Assembly: GCF_009914755.1 (NCBI RefSeq)
Contig: NC_060937.1
DNA length: 64,000 nt
Source of the DNA: the human T2T-CHM13v2.0 reference genome, Homo sapiens
Reading direction: 5' to 3' (one strand)
Below are positions 36,131-52,604 of the stretch, piece by piece. The position numbers were made by a program, and so were the translations under genes. Each line of letters starts with the position of its first letter. Positions within the stretch are counted from its first letter, which is position 1. The notes beneath the pieces were generated by a model. That model saw only the letters and a list, made by a program, of their open reading frames with translations. It had not been told where the DNA came from and did no database searches.

Positions 36131-37709
36131 ATTTGTTGCCTGAATTAATGACAGAGTGGTTAACCAAGGTCCCCTGTCCTACCCAGGCCCTGTGACTCAG
36201 TAAAGAGTTAAAATGTGACAAACAGAACTGGACAATGGTGATGTCCTAGAATGAACCAGTTTTATTCACCAGTAGAAGAGAAACTTTCAGTGTGGGTAAT
36301 AAGAGATTGAGGGACGACCTGTGTCAATGGATAGCTCCAAATGAGAGGAGTGCAGTGGGTTTAAGAGAAAGAGGGGAGAAAAGAAAGTACCATAAAAGGG
36401 AAACTTAAACAAAGAGCAAAGTAGAAAAAAAAATTCTTTTGAGAGGAGGTCATTTTTCATTCCCAGAAACTTCCAAAGTGATGCTTTTAACCCCACATCT
36501 GGTTCAGATTCCTGCTCGAATGCTCAGAGGTAGAACAACAAAGCAAGTGGAAAGGTTTGGGCACGCCTCTGTCCGTGGAGCTGCCCTCCCTGCGCCCTTC
36601 CCCCTGAGGAATATCTGCTTTGGAAGCAAATGATGGAAAGTTTTGTCCAGGTTGCCTTCCCTCACTTTTGCGCGTGGGTGTGAGTTTGTGTACCCGATTC
36701 TACTGTGAGGAGTTCAGGTTGCTTTACCTGCTGTTGCGTCTTAACAGGGTGAGACATGTGCCTGTGGTTACAGGCCTGTCCCAGGAGAACTTGTCCTACT
36801 GGATATGGAAATCATTCAAGCAAAGTGGGAGGCTAGGTTGTCTTATTTTCGTGCCGATACTTGGGTTGCTTTGCTGAACTGAAGCATGAGAGAGAGATGG
36901 GATGAGAAGCAAACCATTTGCATGTATCATTCCTCCTGCAGTTCTGGAGCTGTTAGCCAAAAGTGCCATTTTCACAGACAAAAGGCAGGAAAAAGAAATG
37001 TCCCCCATCAAAAAAAATCACAGGTTTTCCCAGTTTTTACTGTCTTCCTAGCTCTGGGTCTCACAAATCTAATGGCTCTCAAGCTTTTCAAAGTGATTCT
37101 TTTCAGATTTTCTTCTTTCATCCTTGAGTCTCTATTAGAACTGTCCTCTGACTCCATTTGACTGATAACTTTTGATAAACTGACTGGAGCCTCCGTATTG
37201 GCTTGCTACAGATTTGCTATAAGAAAAGGTAACTCGCTTTCATAAGGCCAATATCAGCATCCACTAATGCAAGGCGTTTTTCCTCTAATGTGATTACATA
37301 AGAATTAATGATGGGTAAACACCAATGTGAAGAGATTTAATTTGGATAAACATTATGAAGCTTGTCTGCTTAATCAGGGTTTATCTCATCTTTTCTGTTT
37401 TTTTTCTTTCTTTTCTTTGTGCTGCAAATTTTCCAAGAACAGGGACCAGTGTACTATTCTGCCTACTTCCTTGAACAGGGCAGACAGGAACATTGTGAGA
37501 CCCAGCATTCTTGTGATACTTTAATAACTTCCACTTCCGGGGAAACAAAAGAGGATACAGATGCATGCAAATGCAAAACCGAGCAAGATACCAGCTGAGC
37601 TGACTTAACACCCTCCCTCCCACCTCCTAGCCATGAAGGTGCTAGTGGGGAGAAGCAGTTCTTTGGAGGAGTTGAGGTATTTCTCCTCTCAATCTTGGGT
37701 TGCTCTTGA

Positions 37710-38126
<417 letters not shown>

Positions 38127-39254
38127 TGAATCCAGTTTTTATTTCCTGAAATGCATACGGGTCAAAAATAATCCATATCAAATGCATATTAATTTATAGG
38201 TATCTTTTTCAAGGAGGATGATTAGCAAGGAAATAATCATCGTTTCCACTCTCCCAATGTGATTATTTGTTTCTATGACAGAATCTAATTTCTCACATCT
38301 CTCCTTGTTTACTGATTGACAATCTATAGTCCTAGACTTCATTTCTGCATTTTACGTTTCTGCACCTGTGAAAAGGGCTTGAAGGCGAAAGATGAGCATC
38401 TTTAGAGACAATGGGCTTGGGGGAAAGAAAATGGCTTGGTACAGGTTGTTATTTTTTGTTCGCTAACTGGAGTGAATGCTTTTTAAACAGTATCTTCCCC
38501 ATTGGGACAATTGGAAGAACAGTGACATTCATTTTATAGTTTTTGCTTGTTGGGTACTTATTCCTTTCGAAAAGAAAGGAAATTCCATACTCCAGGAGTC
38601 CATCTGTTGTTACATTTCATGAGAAATAAATGCACTGGAAAATATAGCTAAACACACTTGGTTCACATTTTCTCCACCTTTGAACTGATACCAGTCATAA
38701 AACTCCATCTTGTATAGACAATCTGTTAAAATAAGTTACTAAGAAACCCAAACAGGTATAAAGGTCGCTCTCAGTGTGAATGGTTTTTTTTTTTTTTTTT
38801 TTTTTTTTTGCAGTGGTTATGACCAACCCAAAACTCACTCTGAGTTGGCTTTTATAGTCGATATTTTAAACTGTAAACCATGTTATATGACTGTAGAGCC
38901 GCACCCAGTAAAGTCAATTTTCCTGTTTTGGAACTCTCGTGCGATGCAGCACATAATCCCTGTTCATTTGTCATGTTCTCACCTTGTTCAGGGCCTCAGA
39001 GTTTATGAGCAGGTTACTCCACTGCATTTTAAACATGTCATCTCTCCCAAGGTGTCTTTTAAGAAATACTTATGCAATCAAAAGGAAGCCAAATATGTCC
39101 TTAGTATAAGAGACAGAGGATGTTGTTAATGAACTGGAAGGAATTCTACTTCTGGAAAGTCTGAGGAAAAGTTATCAAATTATAGGAATGGCATCTAGAT
39201 TTGAGGGCAAAAACAGGTACATTAAAGGGCAGAGACTGCTCTTTTCTCTCTCTA

Positions 39255-39430
39255 CCATTTTCTAAGCATCTATTATTTACCAGGCATTTTGTGAAGCATT
39301 TCACTTACATGTTCTCGTTGAATACTTGGTGAGTCTCTGTGAAATATCAAGAAAATGGCTTAAGAAAGGTGAATGGCTTGCTCAAGTTCACACAGCGAGG
39401 AATTTGCTGACAGAATTCCAGAGTGTGGTT
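39255..39430 (-). mobile_element. MIR
   Basis: aaaggtgaatggcttgctcaagttcacacagc. Confidence 0.6.
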
Positions 39431-39936
39431 TAGCCCCAACACGGCCTTCATCCCGGGCCACCTACTGGATGGAGACCTCCTTGCCGTGGCTTCCTACATC
39501 CCTGCTCCCATGACTTTACTGTTGCAAGGGTAGAAGAACAGATGTATCTTTTTGGATTTGGCCTGACTTTTCAAAGATAAGATAAAGAAGAGCTGGTAAT
39601 AAGGCTGAGAATTGACACGTTCTTGGTTGGCTCAGCTGAACTGAAGAGCTTCTGTTCTCATCTGGATAGACAGGAAATAATGTGTGACATACAGACAGCT
39701 TGTTTTTCTCTAAATTTGAGCAATGGTGAGTCATTACTTTTATTAAAGTTAGAGATGATCCTTTCTTTTTCTGTGCAGGAAAATCTATTGTTTTTCACAC
39801 AACCCACTCCTACTTTTAAATAAATCAGTTAAATTGCCTATATTTTAAATAAAACTTTTTCAAACTCCTTTACCTACCAGCCTAGAGGCAGGAATATTTC
39901 TTTTCTCTTTCAGCCTTGCCTAAGGAAAAATGCTTC

Positions 39937-40204
39937 TTTTTTTTTTTTTTTTTTTTTTGAGACAGAGTTTCACTCTGTATCCCAGGCTGGAGTGCAGTGG
40001 AACGATCTTGGCTCACTGCAACCTCTGCCTCCCGGGTTCAAGCGGTTCTCCTGCCTTAGACTTCGGAGTAGCTAAGATTACAAGTGTGCACCACAGGTTT
40101 CACCATGTTGGCCAGGCTGGTCTTGAACTCCTGACCGCAAGTGATCCACCCGCCTCAGCCTCCCGAAGTGCTGGGATTACAGGCATGAGCCACCGCACCT
40201 GGCC
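39937..40204 (-). mobile_element. AluSx lacking the middle A-rich linker
   Basis: tgcaccacaggtttcacc joins the two arms directly. Confidence 0.9.
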
Positions 40205-40439
40205 TTCTGCAGTTTTCTAGGCCTGGTTAGAGAGGACAAAATAAATCCTGGGAAGACCTCCAGCTGGCCACTAGCAAGAGGTGGGAGGAGGATACACTTC
40301 CTTCCTTTTTTTCCTACTTTCCGCATCTTAATGCCAGGCATGAGCCTTTCTTAGCACTGCTGTTGCTAAGAGAATAAGTAGCTGAATAAAGTGGCACATG
40401 TTATAAGGACAAAATAGCTAAAATGAAGACCCTAAAGAG

Positions 40440-40682
40440 CAGCCTCAGTCTCAACACTATTGACATTTGGGCTGGATATTTTTTGTTGTGGGGGATAGGA
40501 ACTGTTCTGTGCATTGTAGGATGTTTAGCAGCACCCTGACTGAGTACCCACTAGATGACAGTAGCAACACCACCCCCTAATCCTACCAGTACCCCGAGTT
40601 GGGAAAACCAAAAACATCTCCAGACATTGATTGCCCAGTGCCCCGTGGGGGGCAAAATCATCTCCAGTTGAGACCTACCACT
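40440..40682 (+). mobile_element. MER20 (hAT-Charlie)
   Basis: actattgacatttgggctggata...tgcattgtaggatgtttagcagca...aaaacatctccagacattg. Confidence 0.85.
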
Positions 40683-41809
40683 TTATAGTAGATAGCATGA
40701 CCTAGTAACATGCATGGTTTCTTTATGCCTGGAAACTTGCTGGGCCAGGGCGAAGATTTATGACCTGAGAAAAGGCAACCACAGCAGGTGTGGAGCTTGA
40801 AAAAGGATGGTGTCTCTGCCCTGAAAGGACCTCAGGGTCAGAAATATGTCTGTTCATCTTTGAATCCTCTCCCCAGGGCCTAGCACAGTTCCTCAAATGT
40901 AGGAAATGGTTGATAAATGTTTGTTGAATAAATGGGATGTTTGCTTAGAGCCCCCTGAGTCTATCTCCTGTGCTCAGAGAAAAAAATCTTACGGACAACA
41001 GCTATTTATTTGTAGCTGTACCCACTTATTGGCTTATTGTGTTCATTTGAGGGCCTCTTGAATATTGCAGAAGTAACCAAGGATACCAGGATGATCACAT
41101 GCAGCAAACATATGGGGAAAAGAATAGAACAACAAATGTCACAAGGCCTGTTTTTCAGGTTTATTGCCAGAGAGTGAAGGGTTTTGAAGAGAGAGTGCAT
41201 AGAAGGAATAGGACAGGAGCCGTCCTTATACTGAAGATAATTTATAGTCCTCATCTGTGAAAATTATTCACTGGACAACCTCTCTTGCCCTTGAACTTTG
41301 CATCTTGTCTTAACCAGGGGTTTATGTATCTTCCTTCCCGGGGAGCAGGTCAGCATTGCTGAGTCCTGAATTGTGGAACTTCTGCTTCCTTAGAAAGACT
41401 TGTGAGGAGTAAGGGGAGTGAGGAGCAAGGGGAGACATTGGTGAGTCCAGGATGGGAGGTGAGCTTGGTATGGCAAAGACATAAGCATCCAATCTCTGTC
41501 TGACCAAGTGATGACAAAGTAAAGGATGAAAGCAGCCAGCTCAGTTTTCCTCCCCTCAGGACTCTTTTATTTCCCTTTTCCTTCATATCTTTTGTTTTTG
41601 AGTAACACAGTATTTTGTATTCAACATAGTCTTCATGACTAACCACTAGTCTTAAAACTTCCAGGGTGAGGATTTGAGGGAACTTCTCTTTGGAAGACCT
41701 TTATACCAAAGGCCTCTGATTGAGTATCCTCCACTGTAGGCAGCTTTTACTGATTCCTCCAGAGTGGGCCAGGGCAGGCACACCTTTTCATCTCTTCCAT
41801 GATACTCCG

Positions 41810-43088
41810 TCAAATCAGTATCTCCTGTATTCCAGACTCATGTACTCAAGTGCCTAGTTGATATTTCTACTTGGGTATCTTGGAGACATCTCAAACATAA
41901 CATATCCCAAGATGAATGACTTCCTGCTTCTTCTCAAAACCTGCCTGTTTAAAGGCAATTCTATCCTTCCAGTGGCTCAGATCAAAACCCTGGAGTCATT
42001 CTTGACTCCTCCTTTTGTCTCACACCCCATTATCTCTCCCCAACAAATCTTGTTGGCTTTACTTTCAAAGCATATCTAGGATCTTAGCATTTCTCATCAT
42101 CTGCATTGTTGCCATTCTGGTCTGAGCTACCAGAAATTCAACACAGTAGCCAGGGTGACATTTTGAAATTGTAGGTCAGATCTTGTTACTCTTTTGCCTC
42201 CAATATCTCCTTATCTCATAGTAAAAAACAAATTCTTCACATGGTTTTACAACAATCCCCTGACTCCCTTAACTTTCATACTTATCTCCTGCCATTCTCT
42301 TCATCAGTTCCTCAGCAGCTCACCTCCTTCTTGCTGTATCTTAAGCACATGCCTATTCCTGTGCCTAAACTTCTTCCCCCAGATATCCATGTTGTGACAT
42401 TTGGCTCTTTCAAATCTTTGCTGAAATATCACCTGGCAATGAGATCTCCCCTGATTATGCTACTTAAAACTACAATCTGTTTTCCATATCTCCCTCTTAT
42501 CCTTTAGTAGTTTTAAAAAATTGCACTTATTAACCTCTAATACTATATCATTAATTTATTCACTACATTAAAAGAAATCTCTCTTGCTAGAATGGAAACT
42601 TCACAAGGGCAGGGATCTTTGTTTATCCCAAGCACCTAAAAGAATGTCTTGTACGTAGTGTGTGTGCATAAATATTTGAGGATGAACCAATATATCTTTC
42701 TAAGCACGTATTAGCTATTTACTCAGTCTGTCTTCCTGCCTAGACTGTAAGCCCCGTGGGAAAAATGGTACACAGAATGCATTGCATTGCAGTGGTTAAT
42801 GCTATTCTTTTCCTTGAAGTGTATTCCTCAAATTGTATGAGTTTCATGCTCCACAAAAACTGCCCTGCCCCTGATTTACTATGAGAATTAGTACGAAAAT
42901 GAAAAAGATAATACATTTTAAAACTTAGAAAAGCATCTGGCACTTTAAGGATAAAGACTGTGTTCTATTTGACATGCCTCCCCTCTCCCATTGTATTTAG
43001 CTCAGTGGCTGGAACAGAGTAGAAGGCAAAAAAAAATCTTTGCTAATAAACACATCAACTGAATGAATGAATGAATGAATGAATGAAT
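41810..43088 (+). mobile_element. L2 3' region(s) ending in (TGAA)n
   Basis: ccagactcatgtactcaagtgccta, cttggagacatctcaaacataacat; (tgaa)n at 43059-43087. Confidence 0.75.
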
Positions 43089-43129
43089 ATATTTCCGTGT
43101 GCTAATTCGACAATCTGTTTAAGTTTTGA

Positions 43130-43431
<302 letters not shown>

Positions 43432-43475
43432 AAGTTTTGACTTCTAAGTGCCACGTTTCTCCCTTTTTAAAATTA

Positions 43476-43802
<327 letters not shown>

Positions 43803-43901
43803 CTACATTTAGGGGTTTGTCAAAAGATTCATATAAAAAATATCCACGTATGGATTTGCTTGCATTTTATTATGTACCTATCAAGATTGTATCAGAAAGA
43901 C

Positions 43902-44082
43902 AGCCGGGTACATGGGGCATGCCTGTAGTCCCAGCTACTTGGAAGGCTGAAGCAGGAGGATTGCTTGAGCCCAGGAGTTAGAATCTGTACCGTGTAGTGA
44001 TTGTGTCTGTGAATAGCCACTGCACTCCAGCCTGGGTAACAGAGTGAGATTCTGCCTCAAAAAATAAAAAATAATAAAAAAA
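43902..44082 (+). mobile_element. FAM (fossil Alu monomer)
   Basis: Keeps the 7SL-derived ctgtgaatagccactgcactccagcc; TSD attgtatcagaaa (43886-43898 / 44083-44095). Confidence 0.85.
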
Positions 44083-44484
44083 ATTGTATCAGAAATCAGA
44101 CTGACATGGTATTCATTACATTTTTAATCTGTGAATAAGACTGAAGTTCAGAATCGTCTGTTATTGTCTCAGCGGTCCTTAACATTATGTGGCGCTAAAA
44201 TACATGCTGAACATAAACACATGATGAATGGCGATGAGGTTGAAATGAGCCTTTTTAAAAATGGCCCCTTTCTTTGTTATGTGCCTATGTTAACGTTATT
44301 TGCATTTTTCTAATGTTCCTGCCTTCAGCCTTATCTTTCCCATTGTAATGATTTTTTGTACCTATGATGTTTATATTTAACACACTAGCTAGATAGATAT
44401 ATTTTAAATATCTACCTGTGATGGTTGTTTTTTTACAGAGGAAAGCAAACTCTCTGAAGTAAATTTCATAGAAAGAAGTAGTTG

Positions 44485-44585
44485 TTGCCTAGGCTGGTCT
44501 TGAACCCCTGGGCTCAAGTGATTCTCTGGCCTTGACCTTCCAAAGTGCTGGATTTACAGGCATGAACCACTCCACCGGTCCTGGC
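44485..44585 (-). mobile_element. Alu left-arm fragment
   Basis: ttgcctaggctggtcttgaac...caaagtgctgg. Confidence 0.75.
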
Positions 44586-45003
44586 TAGTTTCTTCTGTAA
44601 AATGAAACATGTCATGGCTTGATTGAATTTTAGATCAGCATGTGAAAACTCAGTGACCTGACAGACAACTGGGGAATGCTTCAAAAAAACAGCTCTTGTT
44701 AATAATGTTCACAGTGATGTCCTTTAAAGGAAATATGTCACTTGTATTATACACTGAAAGTGCTTTCAAATGAAAGTCAGTTTTGCATGTAACCTTAAGG
44801 AGAACACAACTTAATTCATGACAAATAGCTCAGTCAGTAGGAGGATGGAGCAGGTGAGGTCACATATGGGCCAGTCAACTTTATTCTATGGCCTGGCATG
44901 ACAGCCCTGATCCAGGCCAACCAGGAAAATGAATATGATCAGTGGAAATCCATCACTCTACTAGAAAAACAAATCAAATACAAGCTTTAGTGAAGTTTAG
45001 TAA

Positions 45004-45317
<314 letters not shown>

Positions 45318-45541
45318 TTGGTTTAGTTTTATCAAGGTCAGATAAGTAGATTTAATGGATTGTAACTACAAGCGTGATAAATTTCAACAAAATGTCATGG
45401 GCATGATTCTTAAACTTCAGGTACTATACCATTTCAGGGTACAAGGCTAGTAGTATTGACAAACTAAGGTTAGAATTGTTCTAAAATCGGCCCCTCCCTT
45501 GTTCTAGGCCTAACTGGTCAGTCTTTTGGGTGGAGGCCAAA

Positions 45542-45546
<5 letters not shown>

Positions 45547-45578
<32 letters not shown>

Positions 45579-45601
45579 TGTATGCACATATGTATGTGTG
45601 T
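45547..45601. repeat. (TG)n microsatellite
   Basis: Seen directly. Confidence 0.9.
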
Positions 45602-45693
45602 AGTTCCTGAAGTCTCCTATTAATGGTATCAGGAAATAGCAAATATGAGAATTGCATCCAATAAAGAATTTCACGGTTGTGCTAATGTAGTAT

Positions 45694-46716
45694 TGTTGTG
45701 GGTTGAATTTGTGTCCCTCAAAAAGTTATGTTTATTGGCAGTTTCCAGACAGGGGGAATAAAGTATGTTTAATTTTTAACTTCTAGTACCTGTGACTGTG
45801 ACCTTACTTGGAAATAAGGCTGAGAAGATGTAATCAAGTTAAAATGAGATCATATTGGAGGCCAGGCACAGTGGCTCACCCCTGTAATCCTAGCACTTTG
45901 TGAGGCTGAGGTGGGAGGATTGCTTAAGCTCAGGAGTCCAAGACTAGTCTGGACAACATAGTGAGAACCTGTCTCTAAAAAATATGAAAAAAGCAAAAAC
46001 AAAAACAAAAACAAAAACCCAGAGATTGTACTGGAGTACAGTCAGCCCTAAATCCAATATGACTGGTGTCCTTTTGAGGAAAAGAGACCTTAGGCACACA
46101 TAGAGAGAATATCATGTGATGAGGTGTATGCATCCACCTCTGCCACACACACACAGGAGGCAGCCACTTGATTACGGATAATGCTACAGCTGTAAGCCAA
46201 GGAATACCATGGTTTGCTGGTAACCACCAGAAATTAGGAAGAGGCCAAAGAAGATTCTCCCCTGGAGCCTTCGTAGAAAGCATGACCCTGCAGACACCAC
46301 ACATGTGGCTGTCTAGCCTCCAGAACTGTGAAAGAATACATGTCTGTTGTTTAAAGTGACCTAGTTGGTGCTGCTTATAATTATTATTTTTTGAAACAGG
46401 GTCTTACTCTGTCACCCAGACTGGAGTGCAGTGGTGCAATTGTGGCTCACCGCACTGTTGACCTCCCAGGCTTGATCCTCCTGCTTCAGCCTCCTGAGTA
46501 GCTGGGACTACCAGTACATGCCACTACGTCTGGCTGATTTTTTATTTTTATTTTTTGTAGAGATGGGGTCTCACTACGTTACCCAGACTGGTCTTGAACT
46601 CCTGGGCTCAAGCCATCAGCCCACCTTGGCCTCCCAATGTGCTGGGATTACAGGCATGAGCCATAGCGCCAGGTCTCTGTGCTCCTTTGCTATGGCAGCC
46701 CTAGGAAATGAATGCA
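45694..46716 (+). mobile_element. MLT1B/C MaLR LTR, with a FLAM (+, 45859-46017) and an AluJ (-, 46381-46674)
   Basis: tgttgtgggttgaat start, ccctaaatccaatatgactggtgtcctt, cctccagaactgtga, ggcagccctaggaaatgaatgca end. Confidence 0.85.
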
Positions 46717-47199
46717 AGTATCATGTCCCAGTGAGGCGCTTTGAGTCAGAATAGGAAAATGGGAAATTGTCAGCGTGAATCCTGAAATGCAAACTAATGA
46801 GAATTTTATTTTTATTTTTATTTTTTTTTAATTTTCTCTGAGTTTGCAGGATGGATCTGCCTAACACACTTGTAAAAACCTTCTGAATGGGGAGGAAGAT
46901 CACTGATCCCTGTTCTGGCTCGTCACTCTCCCAGGGGACCATTTCTGCATATGATGTTATTAGGTAGAGCATGGGCGTACTTGCAGAGGGTGGGGGTGGG
47001 GAATTGTCGCAGAAGTCTTGGCCACATAGGTGTAGTTGGGAGTGATAACAATGCATTGTGCAGTGGATTGATTGACTAAAGAAAGAAGGCTTACTGGCTA
47101 TTGATCTCTGTAATCTGAAGAGATTGTCTCACTTTTGGCAGGGATGAGTGGTGTATATATCAGAAAGAGAGCCAAATGGTCTCTTCCACTAAGATGCAT

Positions 47200-47230
<31 letters not shown>

Positions 47231-47944
47231 CTGGGACTTTAGAACCAGTTGCCATGCTTATCATGCCACCTTTTGATGAAGTGCTGTTGCAGCTCAGGGT
47301 TTCTGGAAACAGCCACTGAGATGTGCAAGATGTTTATCGGGAATTCACACTTGAGAAAGAATAGTGGAAAAAACCAGAAATGGGCAGAGGAAGAGATCAA
47401 ACTACAGTTATGCCCTGCATAATGACATTTTGGTTAACATTGGACTGCATATGCAATGGTGGTCCCGTAAGGTTATAATGAAGCTAAAAGAGTCCTATTA
47501 CCTAGTGACGCTGTAGCCATTCCAATGTCGTAGAGTAACGCATTACTCATGTGTTTGTGCTGATGCTGATATAAACAAACCTACTGCTCTGCCAGGCACG
47601 TAAAAGTATAGCACACAAAATTATGTACAGTACATAATACTTGATAATTATAGATAAATGACTATGTTACTGGTTTATATATTTACTATATTATGTTTTT
47701 TATTATTATTTTAGAATGTACTCCTTCTACTTATTTAAAAAAAAAAGTTAACTATAAAACAGCCTCTGACTGGTCTTTCAGGAGGTATTCCAGAAGAAGG
47801 CTTTGCCATTATAGGAGATGACAGCTCCACTGGTGTTATTGTCCTGAAGATCTTCCAGTGGGACAAGATATGGAGGTGGAAGACAGTGATATTGACGATC
47901 CTGGCCCTATGTAGGCCTAGGCTAATGTGTGTGTTTGTGTCTTA

Positions 47945-48273
<329 letters not shown>

Positions 48274-48487
48274 TAAAAAGAAAAAAGTTTTAAATAGAAA
48301 AAAGGTTATAGAATAAAGCTATAAAGAAAAAAATAGTTTTTATAGCTATGCAATGTGTTTGTGTTTTAAGCTAAGTGTTATTAAAAAGAGTCAGAAAGTT
48401 AAAAAGTTTATAAAGTGAAAAAGTTATGGTAAGCTTAGGTTAATTTATTATTGAAGAAAGAAAATATTTTTAAATAAATTTAGTGTA

Positions 48488-48792
48488 GGCTGGGCATGGT
48501 GGCTGATGCCTGTAATCCCAGCACTTTGGGAGGCCAAGGGAGGGGGTGGATCATGAGGTCAGGAGTTCGAGACCAGCCTGGCCAAGATGGTGAAACCCCA
48601 TCTCTACTAAAAATACAAAAAATTAGCCAGGCGTGGTGGTGGGCATTTGTAATCCCAGCTACTTGGGAGGCTGAGGCAGAGAATTGCTTGAACCCAGGAG
48701 GTGGAGGTTGCAGTGAGCCGAGATCACGCCACTGCACTCCAGCCTGGGTGACAGGGTGAGACTCCGTCTCAAAAAAAAAAAAAAGAAAAAAA
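48488..48792 (+). mobile_element. AluS (Sg-like) inside Tigger3b
   Basis: TSD ttagtgtag. Confidence 0.93.
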
Positions 48793-48984
48793 ATTAGTGT
48801 AGTCTGAGTGTCCAGTGTTTATAAAATCTACAGTAGTGTACAGTAAAGTCCTAGACCTTCACATTCACTCACCACTCACTGATTCAACCAGAGCAACTTC
48901 TAGTCCTGCAAGTTCCATTCATGGTAAGTGCCCTATATAGGTGTACTATTTTTTATCTTTTTTATACTATATTTTTACTGTACC

Positions 48985-49124
48985 TTTTCTTTTCTTTTTT
49001 TTAAAGTAGAGACAGGGTCTCACTATGTTGCTCAGGCTGGTCTCAGACTCCTGTGCTCAAGCAATACTTCTGTCTCAGCTACCCAAAGTGTTGGGATTAC
49101 AGGTGTGAGCCACTGTACACAGTC
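48985..49124 (-). mobile_element. FLAM inside Tigger3b
   Basis: TSD ctgtacct. Confidence 0.8.
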
Positions 49125-49269
49125 TGTACCTCTTTTATGTTTAGATACACACATACTTACTATTGTCTTATAACTGCCTACAGTATTCAGTACAGTAACA
49201 TGCTGTACAGGTTTGTAGCCTAGGAGCAATAGGCTATACCATCTAGGTTTGTGTAAGTACACTCTATGA

Positions 49270-49609
49270 CAGTGGAACCCAACCTTTTTGGCACCAGGGA
49301 CCTGTTTTGTAGGAGACAATTTTTCCACAGATGGTGGGGAAGAGGGTACTGGGATGAAACTGTTCCACCTTTCATCATCAGGCATTAGTTAGATTCTCAT
49401 AAGGAACATGCAACCTAGATCCCTCGCATGTGCAGTTCACAATAGGGTTCCTGCTCCTATGAGAGTCTAATGCCACTGCTGGTCTGACAGGAGGTGGAGC
49501 TCGGGCGGTAATGCTCACCTGTCTGCTGCTCACCACCTGCCGTGTGGCCTGGTTCCTAACAGGCCACGAACTGGTACTGATCCATGGCCCCTGAGGTTGG
49601 GGACTCCTG
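49270..49609 (+). mobile_element. MER1B (hAT-Charlie) inside Tigger3b
   Basis: cccaacctttttggcaccagggac ... aggttggggactcctg termini; 8-bp TSD ctctatga / ctctgtga. Confidence 0.9.
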
Positions 49610-50152
49610 CTCTGTGATGTTTGCATAACAATGAAATAGCCTGATGACTTGATGTATTTCTCAGGATGTATCCCCGTCTTTAAGCGATGCATGACTGTGC
49701 AATATAGACCCCATTAAGCCTTGGCCAACCCAGCAGGAAGCTCTGGAGTGAGCACTGCCTACCAGAGTTGTCCCATGTTTGGCCCAAATGACTGAGTCTT
49801 TACATCCCTGCCTTTCTTAGTCAGCACATGTGGGCTGCCATGGGAAGGGCCTGACCTCAGTCAAAAGGGTTCTCTCCTGGAGGAGCTGATACCTGTAGTC
49901 ATTCTGCTGATAACACCCCTATAGCTGGGCAGCAAATCCTTTCTTGAAAGGAGATTCGGTGGTGCCTCTGTGTCTACTACAAGTGGTGGTCCACTTGAAT
50001 GACTTGGGTCCCTAAGGTCCTGGAAGAATATTGAATTGTTGGTGGTGTTGGGGGTTGTGGGGAAATCATAAGGGAGTATTCTGAGTAAAGAATATACTCA
50101 TTTGATAGGCAGACTGGTCATGTTGTCTGTAGGAGATGTAAATACAGAGAGG

Positions 50153-50469
50153 TTTTTGTTTGTTTGTTTGTTTGTTTGTTTGTTTGTTTTTACAGAGTCT
50201 TGCTCTGTTGTCCAGGCTAGAGTCCAGTGGCACGTTCTTGGCTCACTGCAACATCTGCCTCCTGGGTTCAAGCATTCTTCTGCCTCAGCCTCCTGAGTAG
50301 CTGAGATTAGAGGCATGCACCACCATGCCCGGCTAATTTTTGTATTTTTCAGTAGAGATGGGGTTTTGCCATGTTGGCTAGCCTGGTCTTGAACTCCTGA
50401 CCTCAAGTGATCCACCCGCCTCGGCCTCCCAAAGTGCTAGGATTACAGGTGTGAGAAACCCCACCTGGT
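50153..50469 (-). mobile_element. AluS (Sz-like)
   Basis: (TTTG)n tail; TSD aatacaga. Confidence 0.93.
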
Positions 50470-51051
50470 CAATACAGAATTTTTCTTCTAGAACTTTTTG
50501 ATGTGCTCCACCTGGTTACCTTGGATCATAAACAGTGGGCAGATGAAGGAAACACTAACAGCTCCTTCAGCAGCAGCATATACATTGGGAGAGCAGATTA
50601 GTAATCAGGTGACTAAATGTGTAGAGGTAGATTTCTTTGTAAAACAAGATAAAAGAGATGGATGTGGATTGGTAAAATAATATAAAGGCAGAAACGTCTA
50701 TCAGAGAATGGTGTTATGGTCAGAAGAGAAGAGGAAGTCTTCATTAATTTATTCAAAAGATGAGCCTTGCAGAGTGAAGATTAGCCAGGTAAAGAAGAAG
50801 GAGAAGAGAATTCTAAGCCATGGGCTCCAAGGCATGGGACCCTGTGCCTTTGTCATGGTGCTCTTGCTGCCACTCATATCCAGGTCTCCCTTTGTCTTCC
50901 CATTTACTGAAGAGAACAGACATGAGAGCGGTGGTTGAGTACAGTGTCTATGGCCTGATGGAGCAACTGTGAGAACTTGGAGCACCGAGCATGAAGGCAC
51001 ATGAGGGGTCAGGTGAGGTGGGGGTCAGGGGTAGGGTCCAGATGTGGAGAA

Positions 51052-51357
<306 letters not shown>

Positions 51358-51779
51358 AGATGTGGAGAGCTTTATGTACCGTTTCAAGTGGTGTAGACTC
51401 CTTCTACGGGCAAAAGGACATCTTTGCAGGGCTTAAGCAGCAAAGTAATATGAACAAATTTGTGTTTTAGAAGGGTCATTCTGATAACAGAGTGAAGAAT
51501 GAATGGGAAGGAGGCATGACTTGAGATGGGAAGACAAATTAGTATTTAGCAGAGCAGAGTGAAGTGGGTAGCACTGAGCTGGAATCAGCAATTGGTGATA
51601 GATGGGATTGGGAGGTCAAGGATGGAAGTGATTTCGAGTAGAGGAGCCTGGGTAAAATAAGTTCCTTGAGCATTTTTGAACTTTACACTTGCTTTCATCC
51701 TCTTCATCCATGGCCATATGCTTCCTAAAGGGATGATAATAATTACGATTATTAGAAAAAAGTCTTTTTAATTCTTCCT

Positions 51780-51990
51780 TCTGAACTGAAGCAAATGTAG
51801 AGGTGTGGAGTTCAAAGTTAGAAGATCTCGATGACATGGGCAATTCAATTGCCTTGGAGCCTCAGCTTCCTCTTTGGTAAAATGGAGATAATGCTGCCTA
51901 CATCACTGGACTGTCATGACAGTTAATTGAAATAATGTATTAATGTATATAAAAGCTTTTATCAGTACCTGATATAAAGCGGGCATTTAG
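51780..51990 (+). mobile_element. MIR
   Basis: gagcctcagcttcctctttggtaaaatggagataat. Confidence 0.7.
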
Positions 51991-52066
51991 ACCTCCATTC
52001 ACTCAATGTATTGTGCAAGAGAGAAGTTTATTTGGACAACATAGTCTTTTAAAATATATGTATTTT

Positions 52067-52419
<353 letters not shown>

Positions 52420-52604
52420 TATATGTATTTTTAATATTAACATTGTATTACAAACCAGAATTTATTGAAGACTTACAATCTGCAAGGCACCATGAAGGAT
52501 ACATAAATGGAAGACATTGTTTCGGTTCTTAAGGTTTTTTGCAATCTGAGAGAGAGAGGATTTGTATGCGTGAAAAGTGTAAAATCAGTAAAATATTTAA
52601 CCTT

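Noticed and set aside
38757-38813. TATAAAAG followed by poly-T and GCAG
   Set aside because: The implied TSS falls in the T tract, and I found no good downstream splice donor
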